DNA of 64,000 bases from an uncultured Gemmataceae bacterium (GCA_963750165.1 CAVVPN010000009.1:64045-128044), one strand, 5' to 3'; shown: positions 52,908 to 63,391, counted from the first letter of the stretch. Numbers and translations are program-made. The notes: a model not told the origin generated them from the sequence alone.

Positions 52908-54800
52908 ATGGCCCATGATGCTTTCATCAGCTATTCGAGTAAGGATCAGACCGTCGCCAACGCCATTCGGGATGCCCTGGCAACGATGGGGATCATATGC
53001 TGGATGGCTTCCGACGACATCACGCCCGGCCAATCTTACCCCGATGCCCTCGCGACCGGCATCCGGGGGAGTCGAGCCCTGATCCTGGTGTACTCCAGGC
53101 ACGCCAATGAATCGAAACACGTCCCGCGCGAAGTGGAGCGGGCGGTCGATCTCGATATCCCCATCGTTTCCTTTCGCATCGAGCAGATCGAACCCTCGAG
53201 GGCGCTGGAGTATTTTCTCTCCAGCGTCCACCGGCTGGATGCGGCCAATCCACCCACGAAGGGCGATCTGGAACGCCTGGCCCAGGCGGTAAAAATGTGG
53301 CGCGACAAAAAGCGGGACAACCCAGGCCCAACCCCACCTGTCCTGCACCCGCTCCAGGTAGCGCTGTTGTACAAGCGACATGTCAAGGCGGATGAAGCGC
53401 TGTTGAAATCACTCGAGGCGGCGTTCGTCGCGCGCGGCTACCAGGTCTTCGTCGATCGCCACCTTGGGATCGGCGTGGAGTGGGCCAAAGAACTGGATCG
53501 GCGCATCCGTGCGTCGGACGCGGTGATCGCCTTGCTGTCCGCGGCGTCGGTACAAAGCGAGATGCTGGCCCATGAGCTACAGATTGCCCACGAGGAGGGG
53601 CAGAAGCGCCAGGGCAAGCCGCGGATCTTGCCCATCCGCGTTAACTTTGAAGGAGAACTCCCCTCCGAGATGGCGGGAGTCCTCAATCGCTTACAATACT
53701 TCCTGTGGAAGAACCCGCAAGATAATCCACGGCTCCTGACGGAAGTGGTGAGCGCCCTGGAGAAACCTACGGTTGAGCAACAACCCCCCGCGCCGCCGTC
53801 GGGAGTCCTGCCGCTGCATTCGCGGTATTACGTCGATCGGCCGGTGGACCAGGAAATGCAGGAAGCGATCCGCCGCCAGGACAGCGTGATTCGCATCCGC
53901 GGCGCTCGCCAGGTCGGCAAAACCTCCCTGTTAGCCCGCGGCCTCGAACAGGCACGGGGGCCCGGAACGCGGGTCGTCGTCACCGATTTTCAGCAACTCA
54001 ACAGTTCCGACCTCGTATCGGTGGAGACGTTGTTCCGCACGCTCGGGGAATGGGTTGCCGATGAATTGAAGCTCGATATCCCCCTCGACCAATTCTTTTC
54101 CTCGGGGCGCAACACCAGTAGGCGGTTCAATCGGTTTATCTGCCAGGAGGTCCTGGGGAGGATCAACGAACCCCTGGTCTGGGCCATGGACGAGGTGGAT
54201 CGCCTGTTTCCCTGCCCCTTCCGGAGCGAGGTGTTCGCGCTGTTTCGCTCCTGGCACAACGCGCGGGCGACGGAGCCGACGCAGCCGTGGCGGCGCTTGA
54301 CCCTGGTCATCACTTACGCCACCGAGGCCCAATTGTTGATTGAAGACCTGAATCAGTCGCCGTTCAATGTCGGCACTTCTCTGGTCCTGGACGATTTCAC
54401 CCTCGAGCAGATGACAGAATTGAATCGGCGTTACAACTCCCCGTTGCGGACCGCGGTGGAGTTGCAGGCGTTCGTCAATTTGGTGGGCGGCCATCCCTAC
54501 CTGGCCAACCGCGGCCTTTACGAGATGGTTCAGAAGGGCCTGGACCTGGCCGCCTTTCAGATACAAGCCGAGCGCGACGACGGAGTCTTCAACGATCATT
54601 TGCGCCGGCTGGTGATTTTGCTCTCCAGGGATGCCGGTTTGTGCGACGTGGTCCGCGGCATGCTACGCGGCCAGCCCAGGGCATCAACCGAACAATTCCA
54701 GCGCCTGCGCAGCGCCGGCGTACTCGCCGGCGAGTCGCTGGCCGAGATGCGCCTGCGCTGCCAGTTGTATACCAATTACCTCAAGAGGCACCTGCGATGA
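52908..54800 (+). CDS. TIR-TIR-AAA_35 (STAND-like) ATPase
   Basis: [10 protein letters not shown]...SKHVPREV; second [16 protein letters not shown]...[43 protein letters not shown]. Confidence 0.88.
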   Translation: MAHDAFISYSSKDQTVANAIRDALATMGIICWMASDDITPGQSYPDALATGIRGSRALILVYSRHANESKHVPREVERAVDLDIPIVSFRIEQIEPSRALEYFLSSVHRLDAANPPTKGDLERLAQAVKMWRDKKRDNPGPTPPVLHPLQVALLYKRHVKADEALLKSLEAAFVARGYQVFVDRHLGIGVEWAKELDRRIRASDAVIALLSAASVQSEMLAHELQIAHEEGQKRQGKPRILPIRVNFEGELPSEMAGVLNRLQYFLWKNPQDNPRLLTEVVSALEKPTVEQQPPAPPSGVLPLHSRYYVDRPVDQEMQEAIRRQDSVIRIRGARQVGKTSLLARGLEQARGPGTRVVVTDFQQLNSSDLVSVETLFRTLGEWVADELKLDIPLDQFFSSGRNTSRRFNRFICQEVLGRINEPLVWAMDEVDRLFPCPFRSEVFALFRSWHNARATEPTQPWRRLTLVITYATEAQLLIEDLNQSPFNVGTSLVLDDFTLEQMTELNRRYNSPLRTAVELQAFVNLVGGHPYLANRGLYEMVQKGLDLAAFQIQAERDDGVFNDHLRRLVILLSRDAGLCDVVRGMLRGQPRASTEQFQRLRSAGVLAGESLAEMRLRCQLYTNYLKRHLR

Positions 54801-57038
54801 GCCCGACCCAGGCTGCCTTTTACGTCACCGGCGGGACGCTGACCAGCGACGCCCCCAGCTACGTGGAGCGGCAAGCAGACCATGACCTGTACGAAGGGCT
54901 GAAGCGCGGCGAGTTCTGTTCCGTCCTCACGTCGCGGCAAATGGGCAAGTCCTCGCTGATGGTCCGCACCGCGGTTCGGTTGCGTCAGGAACACACGGCA
55001 GTGGCCATCCTGGACCTGACCGCCATCGGTCAGAACTTAACCGCCGAGCAATGGTACGACGGTCTCCTGGGCCATATCGCCGGGCAGTTTCACCTGGACG
55101 ATGAACTGGAGGCATTCTGGCTAGCCAACGGCCGCCTGGGACCGCTGCAACGCTTCATGCGGGCCATCCGGGAAGTCGTGCTGCCGCATCGCACCGGCCA
55201 GGTCGTGTTCTTCGTGGACGAGATCGACGCGGTGCGCAGTCTGCCGTTCTCGACCGACGAATTCTTCGCCGCCATCCGGGAATGTTACAACCGCCGCTCC
55301 GAAGATGCGGAGTTTGGCCGTCTGACCTTCTGCTTGCTGGGCGTTGCGACTCCGTCCGACTTGATCCGGGATACGCGGACCACTCCGTTCAATGTCGGCC
55401 GGCGCATCGAATTGCGCGATTTCACAGACGCCGAGGCCGCCCCCCTGGCCAAAGGCCTACACCTGAAGGATGCCCAGGCCGCGAAACTGCTGCAGCGAAT
55501 CCTGAACTGGACCGGCGGCCATCCCTACCTGACGCAGCGACTCTGCTCGATGGTCGCCGACGACCCCAGTGCGACAAAGCCAGCGGACGTGGACCGATGC
55601 TGCGAGGAATTGTTCCTGTCTAACCGGGCCCGCGAACGGGATGACAACCTGCTCTTCGTTCGCGTCCGGCTGCTGCGCAGCGAGGTGGACCTGGCCGGGT
55701 TGCTCGAACTTTACCACCACGTCCGGCGGCATCCGGTGCCCGATGACGAAACCAATCCACTGATTGGTGTCCTGCGCCTGTCGGGCATCTCGCGCGTTGT
55801 GGAGGGATCGCTTCAGGTACGCAATCGAATTTATGAACGGGTGTTCGATGGGGAGTGGATCGAGGCGAACATGCCCGACGCGGAGAAACGCCGGCAGAGT
55901 CGGGCCTACCGCCGGGGGGTCTTGCGCGAGCGGAGTGTTGGGCGTCATTCTCGTCCTCGTCGCCGGCTTTTGCATCTGGAATTTGTGTGAAGCGCAGGGG
56001 GCCCTGCTCGAGAATGAGGTCTGCCGGAGCAACGAGTTCGCGGCCGCCCACGCGGCCAGCACCATCCAACGGCACCTGGAACGGATCGGCGACGCGGTCA
56101 GCGAAATAGCCGCCAGCCCGGAACTGGGCCAGTTGTGGCATGAGTACGAAAAGCTAGACCGGAACGAGGACGAGGTCGCTCGGCAGCCCTTGCAAGACTT
56201 CTTCGAGAAGACGCAAAAAATGTACAACGGAGACTCCAATAGATTCTTTAACGTGCGGCCGACCAGAGCGGGCCCCGGCCCCATCGCCAGCCTCACGCTG
56301 ATCGACGCGGAGGGACGGTTCCGGGCCTATTCGCCGCACAACAAGGTCGTGTGGAACAAGGTCTACGATGGCCGTGATTACTTCCGCGGGGCCAAGGATC
56401 TGGCAAACAAGTCCGGTGGCCGGCGGGTTTTTGTCTCGCGCGTCTTCCACTCGGAGATCGATCACCGTTACCGGCTGGCCGTTTCCGTCCCGTTCTGCCC
56501 GAAAGGCCGTTTCGCCGGCGTGGTGACGGCCACCGTGGTCACGGACGCGACGTTCGGGCTGGACCACTTGCACGACCAGCGTCACAAGGTGGCCCTGCTG
56601 GCCGCGCAGGACCCGAACCCCCCGCGCGGCCCTCCCGTCACTCCCGAACCGCCCCCCGCCTATCTCATTCTCCTGCACCCGTGCTACGCCTACGGCGACA
56701 CGCCGCTCCGGTTCCCCGACGACCAGTTGCCGAGTTTCGACCCGCCGGATGCGGACGGGGCCGCTCTCCATGCGGTCAAAACCTTCTACCTGGACCCGGC
56801 CGGGCAGCGTGACCCCGCTTACGCCGGCCGCTGGCTGGCCGGGTTTGCCAAGGTTGAAAACTCGCAAATGATCGTGATCGTCCAGCAGCGTCACGATATG
56901 GCCGTGGCACCCTATCAGGGGTTCCTGTGGCAACTCCCCTTATGGGTGCTTGGTATGGGGGCTGTGGGATTGGTCCTGGCCTGGTTGCTGCGCCGTACCG
57001 GACCGCGGTCGCTTCTGGGTAGCCTTCGCGGAAGTTGA
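54797..57038 (+). CDS. AAA_35 ATPase-TM-dCache-like sensor-TM (frameshift near 55925)
   Basis: [37 protein letters not shown]; after the shift a TM, then GRDYFRGA...VFVSRVFHS...LAVSVP (Cache-like) and a second TM. The paralog indicates a GC lost from a GCGCGCG run. Confidence 0.78.
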
Positions 57039-57083
57039 GAATCTCCGTCGGTTTTATTCGAGTTCCCTCAAGAGACACTTGCC

Positions 57084-59129
57084 ATGAGCCCGGGCCAGAC
57101 CCCTTTTTACGTCACCGGCGGAACCCTGACGAGCGACGCCCCCAGCTACGTGGAGCGCCAGGCCGATCACGACCTGTATGAGGGACTGAAGCGCGGCGAG
57201 TTCTGCTACGTCCTCACGTCGCGGCAAATGGGCAAATCGTCGCTGATGGTCAGCACCTCGGTTCGCTTGCGGGTGGAGAACACGGCGGTGGCCATCCTGG
57301 ACCTGACCGCCATCGGCCGGAATTTGACCGCCGAGCAGTGGTACGATGGTCTCCTGAGTCACATCGCCCTGCAGTTCGACCTGGATCAAGAACTGGAGCA
57401 TTTCTGGCTGGCGAAGGCCCGACTGGGGCCGTTGCAGCGGTGGATGCTGGCGCTCCGCGAAATCGTGCTGCCGCGCTTTAATGGCCAGGTCGTGATCTTC
57501 GTGGACGAGATCGACGCGGTTCGTGGTTTGCCGTTCTCGACCGACGAATTCTTCGCCGCCATCCGGGAATGTTACAACCGCCGCTCCGAGGATGCGGAGT
57601 TTGGCCGTCTGACCTTCTGCTTGCTGGGAGTTGCGACTCCGTCCGACTTGATCCGGGATACGCGGACCACTCCGTTCAACGTCGGCCGGCGGATTGAATT
57701 GCGCGATTTCAGCAAAGCGGAAGCCGGCCCTCTCAGCCGGGGGCTGCGGCGGGAGCAGGCGCTGGCAGAGAAACTGCTGGAGCGCATCCTGCACTGGACG
57801 GGGGGCCAACCGTACCTGACGCAGCGGTTATGCCAGGCGGTGGCCGATAATCGCGGCGTGACGCAACCGGCCGAGGTGGATCGAATCTGCGCGGACCTGT
57901 TCTTGTCCAACCGGGCGCGCGAACGGGATGACAACCTGCTGTTCGTGCGCGATCGGATGCTGCACAGTGAGGTGGACCTGGCCGGGTTGCTCGACCTCTA
58001 CACCCACGTCCTCCGAAAGACCGTGCGCGATGACGAATCCAATCCGCTGATCAGCGTCCTGCGTTTGTCGGGTATCTCGTGCGTGGTCGAGGGGCGGCTC
58101 CAGGTGCGCAATCGGATTTACCAACGGGTGTTCGATCGGAAATGGATCGAGGCGAACATGCCCGACGCCGAAAAACGCAGGCAACTCAAGGCGTTTCGCC
58201 GCGGCGTCCTGCGCGCGAGCGTGGCGCTGGGCGCGATTCTCATTATCGTCACCAGCCTGGGGCTGATTGCCCTGGAGCGAACGATTGAAGCAGAGAAGGC
58301 CAACGAAGACTTGCAGGTGCAGCGGAACCAAAAAGAGGCGGCGCTGATTGAAGCGCGGAAGGCCAATGAAGAATTGCAGGCGCAGCAGAAGGAGAAAGAG
58401 TTGCGGCGCGGTCAAATCCTTCGTCGAGTGGAGGCTAAACTCCGAGAAAGACCTCGAACCGATAAATCGTCGCCGCACCCCGTCACGGTGACCGAGAAAC
58501 GACTGGTCAACAACTTTGCGGAATTCAACATCCTTGAGGATTCCTTTGAGGTTGATCTGAGAGACTGGAAACCAATTACTCCCGATGCACCACTCCGTAG
58601 CGCGGGTTATACGACGAGCCGCCACATGAAACTGGTGAAGCTAAGAGACACGGATACTTTATGGATAGAAGCCCGGACCTCTGGACGCGATCTCGTTCGT
58701 CGGGCTCTACAGCCCAACCCGCAAACGGCGAAAGTCGTGGCGCTGAAAAAACCTGTCCTGGTTGGAAAGCAGGCGATGATTTCCAGTTTCCTGGGTTTTG
58801 ACACCAGGGACATACCGATTAACGAAGAATTCGATTGTCATTCCATCACAACTTATTGGGATGCTTTACAACGTCGCGAGGAGCAGTGGTTTGGAGTCAT
58901 TGGGTATCCAGGTTCCTATAAGGTTTCGATGCTGTTGCTTTTCCCGGAGGACAAGCCCTATTCGACGATTGCATTAATGACTGCGAAACGAGGGGAGCCG
59001 AACCCACGAGTTTACACCGGGAAAATGATTGTTTATGAATCTCCCGACCACCGCTGGTTATACTGGGAGATTCCAAGCCCGGAGGCGGAGCACGTATACC
59101 AACTCCATTGGCGGTGGAGCATCGATTGA
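57084..59129 (+). CDS. AAA_35 ATPase-TM-coiled coil-unknown beta-rich domain
   Basis: N-terminal ~375 aa nearly identical to the previous gene; [40 protein letters not shown] repeat; lower-GC C-terminal domain. Confidence 0.85.
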   Translation: MSPGQTPFYVTGGTLTSDAPSYVERQADHDLYEGLKRGEFCYVLTSRQMGKSSLMVSTSVRLRVENTAVAILDLTAIGRNLTAEQWYDGLLSHIALQFDLDQELEHFWLAKARLGPLQRWMLALREIVLPRFNGQVVIFVDEIDAVRGLPFSTDEFFAAIRECYNRRSEDAEFGRLTFCLLGVATPSDLIRDTRTTPFNVGRRIELRDFSKAEAGPLSRGLRREQALAEKLLERILHWTGGQPYLTQRLCQAVADNRGVTQPAEVDRICADLFLSNRARERDDNLLFVRDRMLHSEVDLAGLLDLYTHVLRKTVRDDESNPLISVLRLSGISCVVEGRLQVRNRIYQRVFDRKWIEANMPDAEKRRQLKAFRRGVLRASVALGAILIIVTSLGLIALERTIEAEKANEDLQVQRNQKEAALIEARKANEELQAQQKEKELRRGQILRRVEAKLRERPRTDKSSPHPVTVTEKRLVNNFAEFNILEDSFEVDLRDWKPITPDAPLRSAGYTTSRHMKLVKLRDTDTLWIEARTSGRDLVRRALQPNPQTAKVVALKKPVLVGKQAMISSFLGFDTRDIPINEEFDCHSITTYWDALQRREEQWFGVIGYPGSYKVSMLLLFPEDKPYSTIALMTAKRGEPNPRVYTGKMIVYESPDHRWLYWEIPSPEAEHVYQLHWRWSID

Positions 59130-59170
59130 TCGGATTGAAGATTTGCCACGGAGATGACATCGAAGAAAAC

Positions 59171-59295
59171 CGGCTCTTCCGTTTTTAGGTGCGGGTTATC
59201 GGCCCGATTCTCAATTTTCCCTGGAAAAATCGTGGGGCACGTGATCGTCCGTTCACCGAAAATCCAGTGTTTCGCACCTAAAAACGGAAGAGCCG
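59171..59295. mobile_element. 125-bp MITE, copy 2
   Basis: Identical by eye to 50813-50937, same orientation. Confidence 0.85.
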
Positions 59296-59360
59296 GAGAT
59301 TGGTATGCATGCGATGACGGCGGCTTAAACGTCGAACGCATTCTTAGCGATTCCAACCCG

Positions 59361-60050
59361 ATGACCGAAGAAGATTGGGTAGTTGGCGACCACCAGCAGA
59401 AGATGCTTGCCCTCCTCGTAAGTCGGCATGCCAGTGAACGGAAACTTCGCCTGTTCGCTTGCGCCTGCTGTCGCCGTATCTGGAATCAGTACAAACGAAG
59501 TGAACCTTCCCGCCGTGCTGTGGAAGTTGCTGAACGCTACGCAGATGGTCAAGCGACGGAGGGAGAGCTACATATTGCAAAGGAAGCCGCCCAGAATGCT
59601 TGGGCTGCTACACGGATGTCAGTGGTTCAGGGTCAGGCAAGGAGAGCAGCGACATATGCAGCCTCCAAGAACATAGAGCAACTTGCATACACGGCAACAG
59701 CTGCCTACATGGGTGTGTTCCAGAGTAGAGAGGTAGAGGTTCGTGAGGCTGCGCAACAGGCAGAGAGGAATACCATTCCTGAGCGCATCCGGTGCGTATT
59801 CGACAACCCCTTCCGCCCCGTCACTCTGAACCCAGCATGGCAGACGCCCAATGTCGTTGCTCTTGCGACTGCCGCCTACGATGAGCGTATCATGCCGTCA
59901 GGAACACTCGACACCGCACGTCTCGCCGTCCTTGCCGACGCCCTTGAGGAAGCCGGGTGCGGCAACGAAGACATACTGAACCACCTACGCCAGACCGGCG
60001 TTCATGTCCGTGGCTGCTGGGTCGTGGACCTGATCCTGGGCAAGGAGTGA
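59361..60050 (+). CDS. array gene 1, 'RKLRLFACACCR...RGCWVVDLILGKE' family
   Basis: MTEEDW start, conserved termini; the upstream ORF extension is MITE read-through. Confidence 0.8.
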   Translation: MTEEDWVVGDHQQKMLALLVSRHASERKLRLFACACCRRIWNQYKRSEPSRRAVEVAERYADGQATEGELHIAKEAAQNAWAATRMSVVQGQARRAATYAASKNIEQLAYTATAAYMGVFQSREVEVREAAQQAERNTIPERIRCVFDNPFRPVTLNPAWQTPNVVALATAAYDERIMPSGTLDTARLAVLADALEEAGCGNEDILNHLRQTGVHVRGCWVVDLILGKE

Positions 60051-60054
60051 CGCC

Positions 60055-60765
60055 ATGACCGAAGCAGAATGGCGGGCGTGTACCGATCCAGAAAGGATGC
60101 TTGAGTTTCTGCGCGGCAAAGCAACCGACCGCAAGTTACGGTTGTTCGCCTGCGCCTGGGTTCGTCGCATGTGGAACGTAGTTGAAGACGAAAGGAGTCG
60201 GGCGGCTGTCGAGGTGGCTGAACGGACTGCCGATGGGCTTGCAACTGCTGGAGAGTTAGAATCTGCTCGCACGGCAGCACACGAAGCAGCATTTAATGGG
60301 ATGGTGGCTGGCTACGCTGCAATGGCAACGGCTCTCCCATGGGGGGATGGTGCTGCTGAGGCTACCGCCGATCCAAATGACAACTATTATGATTCCTCGG
60401 TCGAAGCCCTCTACTATGACTGGAGTCTGGCTCGGCAAGCAGACTACTCCGCTTCTGATCAGCAAGCCTGGATGATGGAGCGTGCGGCTCAGGCTGGTCT
60501 TCTCCGAGACATCTTCGCCAACCCCTTCCGCAGCGTCGCCCCGAAGTCATCTTGGCACATTTCGACCGTCCTTGCTCTCGCCCAAGTCGCTTACGACAAC
60601 CGCCTTCTGCCAACTGGGACGCTTGAGCCTGCCTACCTCGCCGTCCTTGCCGACGCCCTTGAAGAGACTGGTTGCGACAACAAAGACATCCTGAGTCACC
60701 TGCGCCAGCCGGGGGTACATGTGCGTGGGTGCTGGGCGCTAGACCTGATCTTGGGTAAGGAGTGA
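60055..60765 (+). CDS. array gene 2, same family
   Basis: MTEAEWRACTDP...RKLRLFACA...LLRDIFANPFR...LADALEETGC...RGCWALDLILGKE. Confidence 0.85.
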   Translation: MTEAEWRACTDPERMLEFLRGKATDRKLRLFACAWVRRMWNVVEDERSRAAVEVAERTADGLATAGELESARTAAHEAAFNGMVAGYAAMATALPWGDGAAEATADPNDNYYDSSVEALYYDWSLARQADYSASDQQAWMMERAAQAGLLRDIFANPFRSVAPKSSWHISTVLALAQVAYDNRLLPTGTLEPAYLAVLADALEETGCDNKDILSHLRQPGVHVRGCWALDLILGKE

Positions 60766-60769
60766 TGCC

Positions 60770-61513
60770 ATGACCGAGCAAGAGTGGCTGGAATGCGTTG
60801 ATCCGACGCCAATGCTAGGGTACTTGCAAGGAAAGGCGAGCGACCGGAAACTGGGCCTATTCGCTTGTGCTTGCTGCCGTCGCATCTTTCATCTGATCGT
60901 GCATCCCGTGAGTCGAGCGGCTGTGGATGTGGCTGAACGCTTTTCAGACGGGCTAGCAACCGATGAAGAACGGGACCGTATTTACGGCGAGGCAGATGAC
61001 ATCCGGTGCTTGCTTGGTGGAGTAGGGACAGGCGATCTGGAGCAAGATGTTGAGGAAGAGTTTGGCGGTATCATCGAAGCCGCCTCCATCACGCCTGACG
61101 TGGCTGCTGCCGCTGCGGACGAGGCATGGGGCTGTGCCGAGCCTGAACCGGAGCATACTCCGGGGATTGGTGCCTCAGCTGCCGAAGCAGTCGCCAACTT
61201 CGCTTTGAGAGATGCCGAAATCTCTGAGCGTGCTGCCCAGACGATGTTGTTGAGAGACATGATCGGCAACCCTTTCCGCCCTACCCTCATTGACCCCGTT
61301 TGGCTCACGCCGTCCTTGACCAGCCACGCCGCAGCCGCTTATCAAGAGCGTTCAATGCCTTCAGGTGAACTCGACCCAACCTGTCTCGCCATCCTCGCAG
61401 ACGCCCTTGAAGAAGCCGGGTGTGACAACGAGGACATCCTGAACCATTTGCGCCAACCGGGTGTGCATGTGCGTGGCTGCTGGGTCGTGGACCTGATCCT
61501 GGGCAAGGAGTGA
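60770..61513 (+). CDS. array gene 3, same family
   Basis: MTEQEWLECVDP...RKLGLFACACCRR...GNPFRP...RGCWVVDLILGKE. Confidence 0.85.
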   Translation: MTEQEWLECVDPTPMLGYLQGKASDRKLGLFACACCRRIFHLIVHPVSRAAVDVAERFSDGLATDEERDRIYGEADDIRCLLGGVGTGDLEQDVEEEFGGIIEAASITPDVAAAAADEAWGCAEPEPEHTPGIGASAAEAVANFALRDAEISERAAQTMLLRDMIGNPFRPTLIDPVWLTPSLTSHAAAAYQERSMPSGELDPTCLAILADALEEAGCDNEDILNHLRQPGVHVRGCWVVDLILGKE

Positions 61514-61517
61514 TGCC

Positions 61518-62255
61518 ATGACGGAGAGCGAGTGGCTCACCAGCAAACATTGGTTCTTGCTGGTCCTGCACCTACAGCGGACTTGTCGAGTTGTCCAGCG
61601 AAAAGCAGGGCGGCGGAAGTTGCGGCTTCTTGCATGCGGGTGTTGCCGTCAGGTGTGGAATCTGCTTGTTCAGGCACAGAGCAGAGAAGCCTTGGAGGTT
61701 GTCGAGAGATTCGCTGACGGGTTGGCAAGCGATGAGCAACGCCGTGAAGCAGAGAGGAGTGCAGGTCTGGTAGCGATGCAGTTCTGGCAAACATCGGAGG
61801 AACTGGAGGGCTATGAATGCCGAGAAGCGCGCCGCCATTATTCCGCCACTGCTGGAGTGCAGCGATCCGCAGCGACAGAGGACTTGTTCAAGGCGGTTGG
61901 GGATGCTGTTGCGAGGGTTGCAGACATCATCGGCAAATACGGAGAGGATACGAGCGGTGCAGAGAAGTGGCTGGACGACATGGTAACTCTGGTGCGGGAC
62001 ATCTTTGGCAACCCTTTCCGCCCCGTCACCCTGAAGCCGCCTTGGAAGACGCCGACGATCCTTGCACTTGCCACCGCCGCCTATGAGAACCGCATCCTGC
62101 CTGCCGGGACGCTTGAGCCTGCCCGCCTCGCTATCCTTGCCGACGCCCTTGAAGATGCCGGGTGTGACAACGAGGACATCCTGAACCACCTGCGTCAGCC
62201 CGGCGTGCATGTCCGTGGCTGCTGGGTCGTGGACCTGATCCTGGGCAAGGAGTGA
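61518..62255 (+). CDS. array gene 4, same family
   Basis: MTESEWL...RKLRLLACGCCRQ...GNPFRPV...RGCWVVDLILGKE. Confidence 0.85.
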   Translation: MTESEWLTSKHWFLLVLHLQRTCRVVQRKAGRRKLRLLACGCCRQVWNLLVQAQSREALEVVERFADGLASDEQRREAERSAGLVAMQFWQTSEELEGYECREARRHYSATAGVQRSAATEDLFKAVGDAVARVADIIGKYGEDTSGAEKWLDDMVTLVRDIFGNPFRPVTLKPPWKTPTILALATAAYENRILPAGTLEPARLAILADALEDAGCDNEDILNHLRQPGVHVRGCWVVDLILGKE

Positions 62256-62494
62256 ACCACACCCCGTCAGCCCAAGAGCCGCCCGGTTGCAAGTACATCC
62301 GGGGCTGGGTGTGGCACCTGCTGGAACGAAGTGTCCCGCCGCCGATCTCCGACCGTTGCCCAAACAGTGGAAAACCGCACAGCGGGACAGCCACCGATTG
62401 TACCCGCCTGCACCACTGCGGCATAGCCCACCGTGTCCACCAGAAGCGAAAGAAGCCGGGGCTGCTCGCCCCGGCTTACCAGTCTCCCGACCAG

Positions 62495-62543
62495 TTCTTG
62501 GCAAAATTCTTGGCAAGACGCGCTTGGCAAAATCTTGGCAAAA
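62495..62543. repeat. four CTTGGCAA direct repeats (integrase arm-type sites?)
   Basis: TTCTTGGCAAAA TTCTTGGCAAGA cgc GCTTGGCAAAA TCTTGGCAAAA, 40 nt from the tRNA fragment. Confidence 0.65.
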
Positions 62544-62582
62544 ACAGTCGCCGCAAGTCCTTGCTGTTCTTTCACTTCCAAA

Positions 62583-62624
62583 TGGGCGTTACAGGATTTG
62601 AACCTGTGACCCCTAGCGTGTCGA
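62583..62624 (-). other. 3' half of tRNA-Val(GAC): att-site duplication
   Basis: Reverse complement TCGACACGCTAGGGGTCACAGGTTCAAATCCTGTAACGCCCA gives anticodon loop, T arm and acceptor 3' strand; the 5' half is absent. Confidence 0.8.
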
Positions 62625-62767
62625 TGCCCAAAAATCCTACTGCCGTTCAAGCCGAAAACCACTTCCTATCAATACTTTACAGCATGGACTGCCACTTTGC
62701 AAGCTCGTGCGAGGGCATTCCATTCCGCGCGAAAAACCGCGGAATTTCCGCGGTTTGCTGAAGGGCT

Positions 62768-62797
62768 GCGGAAGACGCGCGGAAGACTTGCGGAAGG
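62768..62797. repeat. three GCGGAAG repeats at 11-bp period (arm-type sites?)
   Basis: GCGGAAGAC gc GCGGAAGAC tt GCGGAAGG. Confidence 0.55.
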
Positions 62798-62825
62798 GAT
62801 CCGCGGCCACAGTCCCCCCGGCAAA

Positions 62826-63135
62826 CTACCCTTTCCGCGGCCGGCCTCGCTTCTTGCCTGGTGTCGGTTCCTGCGCCGGCTCGTCTGGAGCTTTCGGCGG
62901 TCGTCCTCTCCCGGTCTGCGGTCGGGGGCGCTGGGGCCTCAAGGAACGCCAGGCACGTCACCCCGAGGGCGTCCGCCAAGGCGACGGCGGTTTCCCACGA
63001 AGGGGATCGGTCCCCGCGCTCCAGCCGGGAAACCCCGTCGATGGTCAGGTGCGCCCGGTCGGCCAGTTCCTTCTGACTTAATCCCGCCTGCTCGCGCAGT
63101 TCCCGCAACCGCCCCGCAAAGTAGTGCGCGCCGAT
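62826..63135 (-). CDS. XRE-family HTH repressor with AT-hook tail (frameshift near 62925; start uncertain)
   Basis: FAGRLRELREQAGLSQKELA...VSRLERGDRSPSWETAVALADALGV; the shifted frame gives GRGRPPK...KKRGRPRKG*. Confidence 0.75.
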
Positions 63136-63180
63136 GATTATCCTTCCCAATCGGCACGAAAAGAAATTCCAGAATAAATA

Positions 63181-63220
63181 AGACAATCGTCTTGACAAAG
63201 CAAGACTACTGTCTTATTAT
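63181..63220 (+). promoter_or_regulatory. strong sigma70 promoter overlapped by two AGAC-N4-GTCT operator palindromes
   Basis: TTGACA(63192)-17 nt-TATTAT; AGACaatcGTCT at 63181 and AAGACtactGTCTT at 63202. Confidence 0.75.
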
Positions 63221-63391
63221 AACATTGTCGCCATTGGTGACAAGGTTCTTTGAAAACTCGGGAGGCAGGGCGTCCGGCAGGACCGAGGCGACGCCCACAG
63301 AGAGGAGGCAACCGGGTCCGAAACGAAAGTGGACCCGCGACGGCTGCAACCGTCCGGGTCCGTGGCATTCCTTCTTGCGAAAGGAACTGCA

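Noticed and set aside
51102..54800. canonical Pycsar, CBASS or Thoeris system
   Set aside because: The TIR protein has no cNMP-binding, SAVED or STING domain, there is no CD-NTase or ThsA, and the cyclase is membrane-anchored.
59361..62255. integron cassette array or diversity-generating retroelement
   Set aside because: The 4-nt spacers leave no room for attC sites; no reverse transcriptase and no adenine-specific TR/VR pair.
62583..62660. complete tRNA-Val gene
   Set aside because: No D arm, 5' acceptor strand or 5' anticodon stem; only the 3' half is present.
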